Positions 1 to 10,518 of a DNA stretch of 64,000 nt are shown in pieces. The notes beneath the pieces were generated by a model. The model saw nothing but the letters and a program-made list of their open reading frames with translations. It was not told the DNA's origin and made no database searches. Within the stretch, counting starts at the first letter, position 1. Each line of letters opens with the position of its first letter. A program made the translations under genes and the position numbers. Source of the stretch: an uncultured Mediterraneibacter sp. (GTDB lineage Bacteria; Bacillota; Clostridia; Lachnospirales; Lachnospiraceae); NCBI GenBank assembly GCA_944376695.1, contig CALWDM010000005.1, positions 5,293 through 69,292 on the forward strand, read 5' to 3'.

Positions 1-2
1 CA

Positions 3-137
3 AGAGGAGATAAGGCGAGGTCCGGAGACGGAAACGGTCTGGGGCTGGCGATCGTGAGCACATATGCAAAGGCTCTGGGAGGGGAGTTTGATATTAAGAT
101 CGACTGCGACCAGTTTAAGGCGTGCCTGAAGTTTTAA
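3..137 (+). CDS. C-terminal end of a sensor histidine kinase (HATPase_c), partial
   Basis: Manual translation RGDKARSGDGNGLGLAIVSTYAKALGGEFDIKIDCDQFKACLKF* contains the G2 box (GxGLGLAI). Confidence 0.8.
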   Translation, partial: RGDKARSGDGNGLGLAIVSTYAKALGGEFDIKIDCDQFKACLKF

Positions 138-157
138 AAGACATATAAAAGATATGT

Positions 158-206
158 GAAAGGGCAGGCGTATCCGGCGAATAATGCGGATATGTCTGTT
201 CTTTTC
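158..206 (+). terminator. Rho-independent terminator-like hairpin after the kinase
   Basis: gaaagggcaggcgtatccg...cggatatgtctgttcttttc inverted repeat (with G-U pairs) ending in a T-rich tail. Confidence 0.6.
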
Positions 207-285
207 GTATAAGGTTTGACCCCGGAGTTATATTATTATAGTATGTAATGAGAGATTTACAGAAACAGAAAGGCCGGAGGAGCAT

Positions 286-1650
286 ATGAAAAAATCACTG
301 AACAGAAGAGAAACGGTTTTTGTGGCGAGCATGCTTTTTGGCATGTTTTTCGGAGCCGGAAACCTTATTTTCCCTGTGTCCATGGGGCAGCTGTCGGGAA
401 GCAATATGTGGCAGGCGGCCGCAGGTTTCCTCATTACCGGAGTGGGGCTTCCTCTCCTGGGCGTGGCGGCGCTGGGGATCAGCCGGGAGGACGGGCTGAT
501 GGGACTGAGCAGCCGCGTGGGGAGAAGATATGGGAAATTTTTCACCTGCGTCCTCTATCTTACGATAGGGCCTTTCTTCGCCATTCCCCGATGTGCCACA
601 CTCGCGTATACAGTGGGCGTAGAGCGTATCATTCCGGAAAATGCGCAGACAGCCGTGCTGGCAGTATTCTCCCTGCTGTTTTTTGCCGCGGTGCTGTTCT
701 TTTCCCTGCGGCCGGGAGAGATACTGACGTGGATTGGAAAGGTATTAAACCCGCTGTTCCTGTTTTTTCTGGGGCTTCTGGTCGTCCGGGCGCTGCTCTC
801 CCCGATGGGGAGTATTTCCGGGACGGCGCCGGAGGGCGCATATGCCGCGGGGGCGTTCTATCAGGGATTCCTGGAAGGCTATAATACGATGGACGCCCTG
901 GCCGGGCTTGCGTTTGGGATCATTGTGGTAAATGTAATCAGAGGGCTGGGCGTGGAAAATCCCGGGGATGTGGCGAAAAGCACAGTGCGTTCCGGGATTT
1001 TGAGTTCAGTTCTGATGGCTGTGATCTATGTGCTTGTCACTGTGGTGGGGGCGCAGAGCAGGGGAGTGTTCCCGCCGTCTTCGAATGGAGGCGGGGCGCT
1101 GGCTCTGATCGCCGGGCATTATTTCGGACCGGCGGGAGCTGTGATCCTGGCTGTTACGGTCACACTGGCATGTCTGAAAACAGCGGTAGGGCTGATCACA
1201 AGCTGCGGCGAGACGTTTCAGAAGATATTCCCGAAAGGGCCGTCCTATAGGATCTGGGCGGTTTTATTCAGCACCCTCTCTTTCCTGATAGCGAATATGG
1301 GACTTGACGCGATCATATCCTGGTCCAGACCGGTGCTGTTGTTTTTGTATCCACTGGCGGTCACCCTGATACTCCTTGTTCTGTTCTGCCGTCTTTTTGG
1401 CAATGACAGCAGTGTGTACAGATGGGTGACGGCATTTACTGCTGCCGCGGCGGCGGTTGATTTTGTCAATGCGCTTCCCGGGCCGGTGTTATCCGCGCTT
1501 TACCTGGAAAAACCGGCGGGAATGCTGAGAGATTTCCTTCCGTTTGCAGAAAAAGGATTTGGATGGCTCTGTCCTGCGATACTTGGACTGGCGGCAGGAA
1601 TCTTTTTCCGTATGTATAAGAAAAGCGTATATAAGAAAAACTCAGAATAA
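286..1650 (+). CDS. brnQ: Branched-chain amino acid:cation symporter
   Basis: SMLFGMFFGAGNLIFP N-terminal signature, GYNTMDALA motif, many TM segments, 454 aa. Confidence 0.95.
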   Translation: MKKSLNRRETVFVASMLFGMFFGAGNLIFPVSMGQLSGSNMWQAAAGFLITGVGLPLLGVAALGISREDGLMGLSSRVGRRYGKFFTCVLYLTIGPFFAIPRCATLAYTVGVERIIPENAQTAVLAVFSLLFFAAVLFFSLRPGEILTWIGKVLNPLFLFFLGLLVVRALLSPMGSISGTAPEGAYAAGAFYQGFLEGYNTMDALAGLAFGIIVVNVIRGLGVENPGDVAKSTVRSGILSSVLMAVIYVLVTVVGAQSRGVFPPSSNGGGALALIAGHYFGPAGAVILAVTVTLACLKTAVGLITSCGETFQKIFPKGPSYRIWAVLFSTLSFLIANMGLDAIISWSRPVLLFLYPLAVTLILLVLFCRLFGNDSSVYRWVTAFTAAAAAVDFVNALPGPVLSALYLEKPAGMLRDFLPFAEKGFGWLCPAILGLAAGIFFRMYKKSVYKKNSE

Positions 1651-1666
1651 ATACAGAAAAACCGCT

Positions 1667-2038
1667 TCAGAAAACAACGGCAGATACTGTGTGGAATATC
1701 GCGGCGATGAAGACGGAGACAGCGAGGACGATGTGCAGTTTTCGCCATCGAATATTACCGGGATTCCACTTCAGCAAAGCAAATATGGTTAGCAGAAGGA
1801 GCAGCATCCACGCGAGCTTTCCCGTGATCATGGCAGGGGCATTCCCGCCGTCTGTGTTTCCGGCCAGAATTCCATGAAATAACCCTGTGAGGAGAAGAAG
1901 GATGCCAAACGGAGCATGCAGCCGCGTGAGATATTTCAGGGGCCGGCGCTGCTTAGGAAGGGCACAGCGCTTCAGCAGCGCGAGCATACAGAAAATAAGA
2001 AGTATAGTTGATATCGTTGACAGAAATTTACCAGGCAT
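1667..2038 (-). CDS. Small hypothetical membrane protein (about 4 TM, His-containing)
   Basis: 123-aa ORF, GGAGG RBS upstream on the minus strand, hydrophobic helices with LH..H pattern. Confidence 0.6.
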   Translation of the reverse strand: MPGKFLSTISTILLIFCMLALLKRCALPKQRRPLKYLTRLHAPFGILLLLTGLFHGILAGNTDGGNAPAMITGKLAWMLLLLLTIFALLKWNPGNIRWRKLHIVLAVSVFIAAIFHTVSAVVF

Positions 2039-2236
2039 AAAAAATAATCCTCCGTTCGTTATATAAAACCATAGTTATTTATAACTAACTAAATGAATTA
2101 TAGCAGAAAATACAAAAAAGTAAATAGTTTTACGATGTAAAAAATGTGAAAAGAAACCGGATTCTCAATGCAGGAAAGAATGCTGTGTGATACAATAAAG
2201 AAGAATAAAGCAACGCGCTAACAGGAGGAAAAAGAC

Positions 2237-3664
2237 ATGCGGAGGACAAAGATTATATGTACGCTCGGCCCGTCTACTGATCAGGGCGATGTGATGGAAA
2301 CCCTGGTCAGGGAGGGGATGGATGTGGCCCGGTTTAACTTTTCGCACGGCACATACCAGGAGCAGAAGGAGCGTCTTGATAAATTAAAGGAGATCAGGAA
2401 GCGCCAGGGGAAATATGTGGCGGCGCTTCTGGATACAAAAGGCCCGGAGATCCGGATCAAAACGTTTAGAGAAGGGAAGATAGAGCTGGAAGAAGGTCAG
2501 GTGTTTACGCTGACGCCTGATGATGTGGAAGGCACGCAGGAGAAGGTGTCCGTTACTTATGAAGATCTTTATAAGGACGTAAAACCGGGCGACAGCGTCC
2601 TTATAGATGACGGACTTATCGGTCTTGAGGTAGTGAGCACAGAAGGAAAAGATGTGAACTGTATCGTAAAGAACGGGGGTACGGTTTCGGACAGAAAAGG
2701 GATCAACCTTCCGGGAAATGACGTCAGTATGCCGTTTATCAGTGAGAAAGACAGAGCGGATATCCTGTTTGGAATCAGGGAAGGGTTTGACTTTGTGGCG
2801 GCTTCATTTACAAGGACATCAGATGATGTGGAAGAGATCCGGAAGCTCCTGCGTGAAAATGGCGGGGAGCAGATCAATATCATCGCAAAGATAGAGAACC
2901 AGCAGGGCGTCAACAATATTGACAGCATTATCGAGGCGGCAGACGGGATCATGGTTGCCCGCGGCGATATGGGAGTGGAGATCCCGCTGGAGGACGTGCC
3001 TGTCATCCAGAAGGAGATCATCAAAAAAGTTTACAATGCGGGGAAACAGGTGATTACAGCCACGCAGATGCTGGACTCCATGATGAAGAATCCGCGGCCG
3101 ACCCGCGCAGAGACGACGGATGTGGCGAATGCGATCTATCAGGGGACAAGCGCGATCATGCTGTCTGGAGAAACTGCGGCAGGGAAATATCCGGTGGAAG
3201 CGCTCCGCACGATGGTCAGGATCGCGGCGCGCACGGAAAGCGATATCCCGTACAGTCAGCTTTTCAGCGTGCGTCAGAAGGAAGAAAAACCAGATATGAC
3301 CACCGCGATCTCACATGCCACGTGTATGACTGCGATCGATCTGGATGCAAAGGCAATCATCACAGTCAGCAAGTCCGGGCATACAGCGAGGATGATCTCA
3401 AAGTACAGGCCGGGATGCCAGATCGTGGGCTGCTCGCCGGACGAGTGCACATGCCGCCAGCTCAATATGTCCTGGGGAGTGTATCCGGTCCATATCAGAG
3501 AAGAGTACAGTATGGAAATCCTCTTTCTGCACGCGACAGAGGCCGCAGAAAGGGAAGGATACGTTGAGGAAGGCGACGTAGTCGTACTCACGGCAGGCGT
3601 CCCGCTCGGGAGACCGGGAAATACGAACCTGATCAAAACAACAGTTGTCGGGGAGTATTATTAG
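2237..3664 (+). CDS. pyk: Pyruvate kinase
   Basis: RRTKIICTLGP, RFNFSHG, DTKGPEIR, IMVARGDMGVE, TATQMLDSM, MLSGETA motifs. Confidence 0.98.
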   Translation: MRRTKIICTLGPSTDQGDVMETLVREGMDVARFNFSHGTYQEQKERLDKLKEIRKRQGKYVAALLDTKGPEIRIKTFREGKIELEEGQVFTLTPDDVEGTQEKVSVTYEDLYKDVKPGDSVLIDDGLIGLEVVSTEGKDVNCIVKNGGTVSDRKGINLPGNDVSMPFISEKDRADILFGIREGFDFVAASFTRTSDDVEEIRKLLRENGGEQINIIAKIENQQGVNNIDSIIEAADGIMVARGDMGVEIPLEDVPVIQKEIIKKVYNAGKQVITATQMLDSMMKNPRPTRAETTDVANAIYQGTSAIMLSGETAAGKYPVEALRTMVRIAARTESDIPYSQLFSVRQKEEKPDMTTAISHATCMTAIDLDAKAIITVSKSGHTARMISKYRPGCQIVGCSPDECTCRQLNMSWGVYPVHIREEYSMEILFLHATEAAEREGYVEEGDVVVLTAGVPLGRPGNTNLIKTTVVGEYY

Positions 3665-3686
3665 AAATAAGAAACAAAAATTTTGT

Positions 3687-3734
3687 AAAAGCAAGAGGCG
3701 CGTTTGAAAATGAGCAGAACGGCCTCTTGCTTTT
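3687..3734 (+). terminator. Intrinsic terminator after pyk
   Basis: aaaagcaagaggc...gcctcttgctttt perfect 13-bp stem. Confidence 0.85.
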
Positions 3735-3818
3735 AATATTTGTCGAAAATGCACAAAAAATGGCTGTGATAATTATATAATTTATCAATTTTGTGCTTGC
3801 AGAAAATATATTAGTATA

Positions 3819-3836
3819 TGGGTAAAGGATTACTCA
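3819..3836. promoter_or_regulatory. Putative LacI-family operator (autoregulatory copy)
   Basis: tgggtaaaggattactca; 2 mismatches to the reverse complement of the 4885 site. Confidence 0.55.
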
Positions 3837-3854
3837 TGAGAAAGGAAGAAGGAT

Positions 3855-4874
3855 ATGCCGGATAAAAAGATATCAATCAGAGATATTGCAGAGAAAAGTG
3901 GCGTATCTGTTGCTACGGTTTCCCGGGTAATTAATCAGAATGGAAGATATTCTGCGGAAACAGAAGCCAGAGTCCGGCAAATCATGGAGGAGTATAATTA
4001 TGTGCCTAATCTTCTGGCAAGAGGCCTGCGGCAGCAGCAGGTGCCGGAAATAGGCATTATTGTCCCGGATATTACAAATGAATTTTTTGGAAGACTCGTA
4101 GTTCAGATAGAGAGCGAATTATTTGAACATGGATATACGCTTACGATTTGTAACACGAATGAGGACAGGATGATTGAACGCAGATACCTGGAAATGATAC
4201 GGGCGAAACAGATGTGTGGATTGATCCGTATTTCCCATGAGCATCTGAGGGAGGAAGAGCTGATCGATATTCCGACAGTTTATCTTGACCGTATTCCGGA
4301 AAATATAAAGTATACCGGGCAGTGTATTTCTGTGGAGTCAGATCATGAACAGGGCGGGTATATTGCGACAAAAGAGCTGATAAAACAGGGCTGCCGTAAT
4401 GTGGGAATCGTTTTACATGACGCGGAAATATCAACAAAAGCGCATGAGATGCGGTACATAGGTTATAAGCGGGCGCTGGAGGAAGCGAATATAGAATTTG
4501 ATGTGAAAAAGGTGATCCGCGTAAAGAGAGCGGACTGTCAGAACGGCGGCAGGGCGGCGCTTGAATTTATTGAAAGGCGGGGCTTGCCGGACGGTCTTTT
4601 CTGCACATCGGATCTTCTTGCCGTCGGAGCTCTGGATGAATTTCTGAAGCATGGAGTGAATGTTCCGAGACAGGTCAGGATCGTAGGATATGATAATATT
4701 TCCCTTGCAAAGATGATGATGATACCGATTACTACGATCAGTCATCCGGAGCATACTATGGTGGACATCACATGCAGATATTTTTTATCAGCTTTCGCGA
4801 AGGAAGAATCGGAATTGCAGAAAAAGAAACGTATTGTACTTCCGGTGGAACTCATAAAAAGAGAAACCGCATGA
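3855..4874 (+). CDS. LacI-family transcriptional regulator
   Basis: IRDIAEKSGVSVATVSRVIN HTH, hinge YVPNLLARGL, periplasmic-binding-like sensor domain. Confidence 0.95.
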   Translation: MPDKKISIRDIAEKSGVSVATVSRVINQNGRYSAETEARVRQIMEEYNYVPNLLARGLRQQQVPEIGIIVPDITNEFFGRLVVQIESELFEHGYTLTICNTNEDRMIERRYLEMIRAKQMCGLIRISHEHLREEELIDIPTVYLDRIPENIKYTGQCISVESDHEQGGYIATKELIKQGCRNVGIVLHDAEISTKAHEMRYIGYKRALEEANIEFDVKKVIRVKRADCQNGGRAALEFIERRGLPDGLFCTSDLLAVGALDEFLKHGVNVPRQVRIVGYDNISLAKMMMIPITTISHPEHTMVDITCRYFLSAFAKEESELQKKKRIVLPVELIKRETA

Positions 4875-4884
4875 TTTTTTTGGG

Positions 4885-4902
4885 TGAGTAATCGATTACC
4901 CA
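4885..4902. promoter_or_regulatory. Putative LacI-family operator upstream of the lactonase/ABC operon
   Basis: Near-perfect palindrome tgagtaatCGattaccca with the central CG typical of LacI operators. Confidence 0.65.
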
Positions 4903-4946
4903 TTAAAATACAAAAATGTAAAAATTTAGAAAAAGGAGGAATCATT

Positions 4947-5696
4947 ATGGTGAAGTGGAAGGTGAAAGCGATTCAGGTTGGAACGATTAATTCTAATATG
5001 AGCGGAGTTCTGCATTATATTGGGGAATACAGGCCTGTTGTGCTCCCGATCTGGATTGTGGCAGCGACAGATGGAAAAAACAAAGTTCTGATCGATACGG
5101 GGATCGATGACCTTGCCAGTGTTGTGGCAGGACCTGAGCCGAACTGCAGACAGGAGAAAGAAGAAGAGACGCTGACAGCATTAAAGAAGATGATGGGGTG
5201 GGAGCCGGAGGAGGTGAATTTCATTATTAATACCCATCTTCATTTTGACCACTGCGGATGCAATAAGTATTTTAAAAATGCCCGTATCTGCGTCCAGAAA
5301 AAGGAATGGGAATCTGCTCATCACCCGATTTCTTCTACGGCATTTTTATATTACAGACCATTTTTTGACAAAAATGCTGTCCCGTATTTCCAGTGGCAGT
5401 TTGTAGAAGGAGAGACGGAACTGATGCCCGGGCTCGCGGTAATTCCAACCCCAGGGCATACAGAAGGACATCAGAGTGTCCTGATTAATACTGAAGAGGG
5501 AGTGCTTTGTGTGGCGGGCGATATTGTTACAATTGCGGACAATATTAACAGAAATATTGAAGCGAATATAGTCGTAGATGCCGCGAAAGTCTATGAGAGC
5601 TTTGTGCGCATCAGAGACCGTGCGCGTCTGATACTTCCGGGACATGAATTTTCAGTAAAAAACGGAGCTGAATCCGGATTTCCGCTTATTGATTAG
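4947..5696 (+). CDS. Metallo-beta-lactamase-fold lactonase (N-acyl homoserine lactonase family)
   Basis: THLHFDHCG (HxHxDH), PGHTEGH, AGD, PGHE; start moved to the ATG after the AGGAGG RBS. Confidence 0.85.
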   Translation: MVKWKVKAIQVGTINSNMSGVLHYIGEYRPVVLPIWIVAATDGKNKVLIDTGIDDLASVVAGPEPNCRQEKEEETLTALKKMMGWEPEEVNFIINTHLHFDHCGCNKYFKNARICVQKKEWESAHHPISSTAFLYYRPFFDKNAVPYFQWQFVEGETELMPGLAVIPTPGHTEGHQSVLINTEEGVLCVAGDIVTIADNINRNIEANIVVDAAKVYESFVRIRDRARLILPGHEFSVKNGAESGFPLID

Positions 5697-5768
5697 CAGA
5701 GAAGTTTAGCAGTTACCATTACCAGTAACCAGAAAAAGAGGATATGAATTGAAAAGGAGAGTGTCACT

Positions 5769-6914
5769 ATGAAAAGAAAATTGATGGCAGTTATTACATC
5801 AATAGCGCTTGTTGTTGGTTTATTAGCGGGATGCGGAAGCCAGAGAGACGTTAAAAACGATACGGCGGATCCGGGCGCCGAAAAGACAGAAGGCTTTAAA
5901 ATCGGTATGTGCCCGGCAAATTTTGGAAACACATGGGCCGCACAGTTCGTGGAAGACTTTGAGATGAGAGCGGACGAATATAAAGAAGAGGGAATTATCG
6001 ATGATTATCAGGTGGCGACTGTCTCGGCGGACTTAACTGATCAGATCAATCAGTGCAATGCAATGATCAACAGCGGAATCGATGCGCTGCTTCTCTGGTG
6101 CGTATCGCCCACCGGCGTTAAGCCGATCATTGATCTGGCTCAGGCGAACGATGTACTGGTTGTGATCTGTAACGAAGCGGCGGCTTATGAAGGCACGTAT
6201 AATATCATAGGCAACAATTACGGCTTCCAGTACATTCTTACTTCCTGGCTGGCAGAGCAGTTGGGAGGAGAAGGAAACATCGTGGAGATCACAGGAGTGG
6301 ATGGATTTGACGGGAATACGCAGAGACTGAAGGCGGTGGACGACGTCCTCGCAGATTATCCGGGCATTGAAATTATGGCATCGGCTCCGGGGAACTGGTC
6401 GGCGACAGACGCGCAGGAGGTTATGACGACTTTTCTGTCAACATATAACAACATCGATGGCGTGCTTGCGCAGGACGTTATGGGAGATGGAATATTAAAG
6501 GCTTATGAAAATGCCGGAGTTACGCCCACTCTTCTGACAGGTGATTATACAAAAAGTTTTTTGAATACATGGGCTGAAATTGACGAAATGCAGTCCTGTA
6601 CGGTTTCCTACGACGCGGGGATTATTATCACATGTCTGGATGCAGCCGTCAATCTGCTCTAGGGAAAGACTTTCAAAGAAGAGGTACTGGAACCGAATCC
6701 TCTGGACGAGAGTATTGTCAACACGATTACCGTAGACCCGGCATACTGCGTGACAAGGGAGGGAGATCAGAACGCGAAATGGCTTGAGAACTTTCCCGAC
6801 ACAAAGGCCATCACATTAGAGGAAGCGCAGGAACTCCTCATCGATAAGGAAGATACGGCTTCTCTTGACGGCTGGCTTGATAAGAGCGTAGTAGACGGAT
6901 GGTTTAACGAGTAA
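5769..6914 (+). pseudogene. Sugar ABC transporter substrate-binding lipoprotein interrupted by an in-frame TAG at 6660-6662
   Basis: Lipobox LLAGC, RbsB-like fold; the same frame stays open for 83 more codons (GKTFKEEVLEPNP...GWFNE*) to TAA at 6912-6914. Confidence 0.8.
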
Positions 6915-6923
6915 TGCAATGAC

Positions 6924-6985
6924 AGGGGGACGCCGCGCTTCGCATGCTGTATGAGGGAAAACAGGCACAGCGGCGTCCTTTTTCT
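6924..6985 (+). terminator. Intergenic hairpin between the binding-protein and ATPase genes
   Basis: agggggacgccgc...gcggcgtccttttt stem followed by a T-tract. Confidence 0.55.
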
Positions 6986-7019
6986 TTACAAAAAGGAGTA
7001 TATTTGGAAAGGGATAAAG

Positions 7020-8522
7020 ATGAGAATAGAGTTTAAGGAAATTTCCAAATCATTTGGCGGAGTGCATGCGCTTAAAAAGGCGTCATTATCCGTGGAAAGC
7101 GGAGAGATACGAGCATTACTGGGAGGAAACGGCTCGGGAAAGTCCACTTTGATCAAAATTGCCTCCGGGCTTGTCCAAAAGGACAGCGGAGAAATCTATA
7201 TCAATGGGGAAAAAATGAGTATCAGGACTCCGAAAGATGCAAAAAGGCTGAAAATTGCCGCAACATCTCAGGAGCTGAGTATTTTTCCAAATCTTACAAT
7301 CTCTGAGAACATTACTCTGTGCGCTATGCCGAGAAAAAAGTATGGAGCCGCAGATCGAAAGCTGATGAGAAAGAAGACGCTGGATGTTTTGAGAAAGCTG
7401 GGATTGGAAGAGAAAATTGATATGCCGGTGAAAGAGCTTCCGGTGAATGAACAGTATCTCATCGAGTTTGGGAAAGCGATTTATCAGGATTTTGACATTT
7501 TAATGGTAGATGAGGTGACCTCCGCGTTATACCAGAAGGATGTGGAAACGGTAAAACATATACTGGAAGAATATAAAAAACAGGGCAAAGTGATCTTGTT
7601 TGTTTCACACAGACTGAAGGAGTTATATCAGATCTGTGATTCTGTGACGATCATGAGAAATGGAGAAGTGATTGAAACGGACAGGATAGCGGATGTAGAT
7701 GATGACCATCTTTTGTCGGTCATGATTGGACAGAGTGTGCAGAAAACGCAGGAAAATTCCCCACACAATCAGGCTTTCAGTCCGGATGAAAACACGGAAA
7801 AACCTTATTTTGTAATAGAAAATCTTCATATCGGCCAATACAATACAGATTTGTCTTTGGAGATAAAGAAAGGCGAGATTATTGGAGTGGCCGGTCTCCA
7901 GGGACACGGGCAGTCAGAACTGGTGCGAAGGCTGCATGGGATGGATGGAACGATAAAAATAAAGAAGGGAACAGAAGAAATTATTATACGAAATCCCAGG
8001 GATGCGGTAAAAAATAAATTTGCTTTTATTTCCGGGGACAGAGAGTGGGAAGGCGCTTTTGGGCAGCATGGGCTGACAGAAGACATTTCTGTGGTAAAGG
8101 AGCTGACTTTGCGGGAAAAGGATACGAAGCCGGAACAGGTTCTTGAAGCTATGCATGTTAAATATGCCCGGCCTGGTCAGCTGATCACTTCCTTATCAGG
8201 GGGAAACCAGCAGAAGGTGATTATCGGAAGGTGGACGTATACAAAGCCAGTCCTCCTGCTCGCGGATGATCCATCAAAGGGGATAGACGTTCAGGCAAGG
8301 AGAGAGATGCATACCGTTTTCCACAGACTTGCAGAGGAAGGAACCAGCATGATTATTGTATCCAGTGACGATGATGAACTGGTAGATTTGTGTTCAGGTT
8401 ATCCGAACGCGCGTGTGATCGTGCTCTATGAGGGGCAGATATCCGCTGTTTTGAGAGGAAATGAGATTACCAGAGATCATATTATAGAAAAAACTTTATC
8501 GAAAGGAAGTGAAGGCAAATGA
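7020..8522 (+). CDS. Sugar ABC transporter ATP-binding protein (two NBDs, RbsA/MglA-like)
   Basis: GGNGSGKST Walker A, LSGGNQQKV signature, DDPSKGID. Confidence 0.93.
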   Translation: MRIEFKEISKSFGGVHALKKASLSVESGEIRALLGGNGSGKSTLIKIASGLVQKDSGEIYINGEKMSIRTPKDAKRLKIAATSQELSIFPNLTISENITLCAMPRKKYGAADRKLMRKKTLDVLRKLGLEEKIDMPVKELPVNEQYLIEFGKAIYQDFDILMVDEVTSALYQKDVETVKHILEEYKKQGKVILFVSHRLKELYQICDSVTIMRNGEVIETDRIADVDDDHLLSVMIGQSVQKTQENSPHNQAFSPDENTEKPYFVIENLHIGQYNTDLSLEIKKGEIIGVAGLQGHGQSELVRRLHGMDGTIKIKKGTEEIIIRNPRDAVKNKFAFISGDREWEGAFGQHGLTEDISVVKELTLREKDTKPEQVLEAMHVKYARPGQLITSLSGGNQQKVIIGRWTYTKPVLLLADDPSKGIDVQARREMHTVFHRLAEEGTSMIIVSSDDDELVDLCSGYPNARVIVLYEGQISAVLRGNEITRDHIIEKTLSKGSEGK

Positions 8523-9484
8523 AAACGGGAAACAAATGGAGGCGGATCACAAAATGGACGGCATTCCCGGCGCTGCTTCTTTTGCTGGTATCTCTGGTTA
8601 TCAACAGCTTTGTTACGAATAACGCATGGTCTCCATTGATTTTATCGAGCTTTTTGAATACGAATACAATGATCATATGCATTTGTATCGGCTCTTCTGC
8701 TGTTATTATCAGCGGAGGTATCGACATATCGCTGGGCTCCCTTGTCTCTATGTGCAATGTGCTGCTTGTAAGTCTGATGATGCACGGAATGCCAGGCTAT
8801 ATGGCGGTGCTGATCATGCTCGCTGTGTCAGCTGCGGCGGGGGCGGTAAACGGGATCCTCATTGCATTTTTAAAAGTTACGCCGCTTCTCACGACTTTCG
8901 CCATGTCAACAGTATTTGCGGGGGTCGCGCTGATAATTATGAACAGCCCGGGAGGAAGCATAGCGGAGGAATTGACGGACTTATATTACAGTACCCTGGC
9001 AGGCATTCCGATGACAGCTTTTATTATTTTGATCCTGTTTGCGATATGGAAAATTTTCAAAAATACTCCGGCAGGAATCCAGCTTTATGCGATGGGGGAA
9101 AACGAAAACAAGTCTTATCTGTCTGGAGTAAACACGAAAGCGCTTCAGGTATTCGTATACTCTTTTGCTGGTCTGTGCGCAGGGTTTGGAGCTCTTGCCG
9201 TGACCTGTATGATAGGCGCGGGCGATCCGCTGGTAGGGTCTACCGCCGGAATGACAGCAATATCAGCGGCGGTGATCGGAGGGGTTTCTCTGGCTGGCGG
9301 AAGAGGGGATATTACCGGAGGAATTTTTGCAAGCCTGTTTCTCGGATTTTTGACGAATCTCATCGTAGCGCTGAGGTTCGACGCCTACTCGCAGCAGATG
9401 CTCAAAGCGGTGATTCTGCTGGCCGGAGTAGTGCTGGCTGTTTTGGTCGGAAGAGAGAATATGAAAAAGAAAGGGGGAAAATAA
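8519..9484 (+). CDS. Sugar ABC transporter permease
   Basis: GGIDISLGS, ISAAVIGGVSLAGGRG motifs of the RbsC family. Confidence 0.92.
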   Translation: MKTGNKWRRITKWTAFPALLLLLVSLVINSFVTNNAWSPLILSSFLNTNTMIICICIGSSAVIISGGIDISLGSLVSMCNVLLVSLMMHGMPGYMAVLIMLAVSAAAGAVNGILIAFLKVTPLLTTFAMSTVFAGVALIIMNSPGGSIAEELTDLYYSTLAGIPMTAFIILILFAIWKIFKNTPAGIQLYAMGENENKSYLSGVNTKALQVFVYSFAGLCAGFGALAVTCMIGAGDPLVGSTAGMTAISAAVIGGVSLAGGRGDITGGIFASLFLGFLTNLIVALRFDAYSQQMLKAVILLAGVVLAVLVGRENMKKKGGK

Positions 9485-9485
9485 G

Positions 9486-10502
9486 GTGAGAACTCTGCGG
9501 GAACCTAAAAAGGAAGCGCTGCCTGAGCGAAAAGAGAAGGAAGCGGGAAGAAAAAGAGAATCATCTGGTAAATGGAAAATGTTTCTTCCCTCTGTCATAG
9601 CGATTATTATATTAGTTATAGCAGGCCAGATACTGGCAAATGGTTTTTTGTCAATCAAAAATATTGGCAGTATTCTTATGACGGCAAGCCTTCTGGCGCT
9701 GATGTCTGTCGCGCAGAATACGGTAATGATCAGCGGGGACAGCGGGATCGATCTGTCCGTTGGGGCGATCGCTTCTATGACGGCTCTGATCTGTCCTATG
9801 ATTCCTATGGCAAACAGTGGGATGGTTGCCGCCGGAGCGGTCGCCGCGGTCATGCTGGGAGCGGCAGTGGGCCTGATTAATGGCGTGGGCATCAAGCTGG
9901 TGAAAATCCCATCTATGATAATGACACTGATTATGTCCAGCACGGTGTCGGGGATTACGATGGTGATTACAAAGGGACAGCCTGCAGCCCATATCAGTGA
10001 GGCACTGAAAGGGATCAGCGATGTGATCATACAGCCGATCCGGCTTTTAACGCTAATTGTCCTTATTATCCTTATTTTAGCAGAGCTGGTTCTGACCCGG
10101 GCGCCCTTTGGAAGAAAACTCCGTATTACGGGCGATAACCCCAATGCTGCCGCGATCTGTGGAATACAGATCACAGGAATTGGAATTGCAGCCTATGTCA
10201 TAAGCGGTGCGGTGGCAGGATTGACCGGGTTATTTCTGGCAGGCTATGCGGGAAGTACGACAATGACAATGGGGGAGAGTTATACCCTGTTATCCGTTGC
10301 AGCGGTAGCTATTGGAGGAACCAATCTTGCCGGGGGCAAAGGAAGCTATCTGGCAGGCGCGCTGGGGGCGCTTGTTCTGGTAATACTCAACAGCATTCTC
10401 CAGGCGCTCAATATGGAGCAGGGGGTACGTTCTGTAATACAGGGACTGCTTTTGGTATTTATCGTATTTATCAATACAAAATCAACAATGACTGAAAAAT
10501 GA
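9486..10502 (+). CDS. Sugar ABC transporter permease
   Basis: GIDLSVGA, VAAVAIGGTNLAGGKGS motifs. Confidence 0.92.
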   Translation: MRTLREPKKEALPERKEKEAGRKRESSGKWKMFLPSVIAIIILVIAGQILANGFLSIKNIGSILMTASLLALMSVAQNTVMISGDSGIDLSVGAIASMTALICPMIPMANSGMVAAGAVAAVMLGAAVGLINGVGIKLVKIPSMIMTLIMSSTVSGITMVITKGQPAAHISEALKGISDVIIQPIRLLTLIVLIILILAELVLTRAPFGRKLRITGDNPNAAAICGIQITGIGIAAYVISGAVAGLTGLFLAGYAGSTTMTMGESYTLLSVAAVAIGGTNLAGGKGSYLAGALGALVLVILNSILQALNMEQGVRSVIQGLLLVFIVFINTKSTMTEK

Positions 10503-10518
10503 GAAGTGAGGAAGCGCG

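Noticed and set aside
2148-2168. cre-like palindrome (agaaaccggattct) upstream of pyk
   Set aside because: Deviates from the CcpA consensus and could be chance
6660-6662. Pyrrolysine readthrough of the amber codon
   Set aside because: No pylTSBCD genes or methylamine methyltransferase context in the window; a nonsense mutation or base-call error is more parsimonious
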